Below are positions 63,064 to 64,000 of a DNA stretch of 64,000 nucleotides, one piece after another; position 1 is the first letter of the stretch, and each line of letters starts with the position of its first letter. The translations under genes and the position numbers were made by a program. Where the stretch lies: the NCBI RefSeq assembly GCF_947568905.1, contig NC_079165.1:3162001-3226000 (forward strand), given 5' to 3'. The DNA is from Ostrea edulis (lineage: Eukaryota). The notes below the pieces were generated by a model. It saw only the letters and a program-made list of their open reading frames with translations, searched no databases and was not told the origin of the DNA.

Positions 63064-64000
63064 CTGTGAAAACGACAAATTATGAATGTTCATGTTAAAT
63101 CACCATGTAAATTGTAACGAAAATTAATTTTATGACTACCTTTCATTCCTTTCTGAGCTACCTTCAATTGATTTTAATTTCTTAATGAATTACCAATTTT
63201 AACAGAAACTATCATAAAATGTCCCTAAAACAATTCCTAGTTAGCCTGAATTTACTATGCATTGTACACCCGTCTTTAAACAGACAACTTAGATATGATA
63301 GATCATGTTATATATGCAAGAATATATAAAGACTATGAGTAATTAGTAAAACTAAAATACATCCACCCATTTTTTCTGGACTCAAAAATATCATGTGCTA
63401 TAGAAAGTACTGTTTTCTAATAAATATTTAAAAAATCCAAGTCCCATAACTCTGTAATGACAAAATCAATAAATCAGAAAATCATAAGGGTTCTTCCTCT
63501 TGCTAATCTTAGCACTACATTTAAATTCTATGATTTTTTAAAAAGTAATCTCAAGGTATTTATGCTATAGTCTTATCAATATCAAAAAATTGCAAGCCAT
63601 AACTTCGAAAGGACAGAGTCCATAAATCTGAAAATCGAAAGGGGTCTTCCTCTGCCTAATTCGAGTATTATGTATAAATGTTATGAAAATTTTCTCAAGG
63701 AAACTTAAGTTATCACGTGCCATAGATGGACAATTGGATGAACAGAGAGAGTGATTACTATAGGACACCTGGTGGTGCCCTGATAATTTCACGAATATGA
63801 TAGACATTGTTTTAATTGACTTTAAGAGAGGGAATCCTAGAGATGATATATGATGAAGCACTTTTTATTCAAATTGGTCCTTTTAAAGAATTTTATTGTT
63901 TACGATTTACGTGTATTTACTATTTATCAAAAAACAAATTTACCCATCTGTTGAACACCATTTAATCATGCATCTAAAAATACAAGGGCTATTCGATATG

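Noticed and set aside
63400-63880. 98-aa minus-strand ORF 63565-63861
   Set aside because: Lies in a degenerate HINE-like remnant; no coding signature.

Overview
AT-rich, intron-containing animal DNA, most likely a bivalve and probably an oyster (inferred from a Cg170/HindIII-like satellite inside a Helentron-type HINE and many Penelope-like fragments). Genes rebuilt by hand from GT-AG junctions: the 5' part of ZC3H15 (-); an intronless single-pass membrane ORFan (+); an intronless NHL/beta-propeller protein (+); a complete 11-exon GMPPA (-); a 4-exon secreted PEBP-family gene (+); the last four coding exons of ICA1/ICA69 (-); and an intronless TRIM-NHL gene (+) nested antisense in an ICA1 intron. 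The rest is TE fragments (Naiad-like PLEs, RTE LINEs, a SINE, MITEs, HINEs), minisatellites and one 138-N assembly gap. Best leads: (1) one PLE copy is heavily A-to-G hypermutated on its sense strand, as expected from ADAR-edited RNA being reverse-transcribed into the genome; (2) five tandem duplications in GMPPA and ICA1 are seeded on exon/intron junctions, and one gives in-frame alternative donors; (3) a 2.9-kb 25-bp satellite flips orientation twice at internal palindromes with no spacer; (4) a 44-bp array is made of the PLE terminus. All alignments and counts were done by eye and need computational confirmation; family names come from recalled homology, not database searches.
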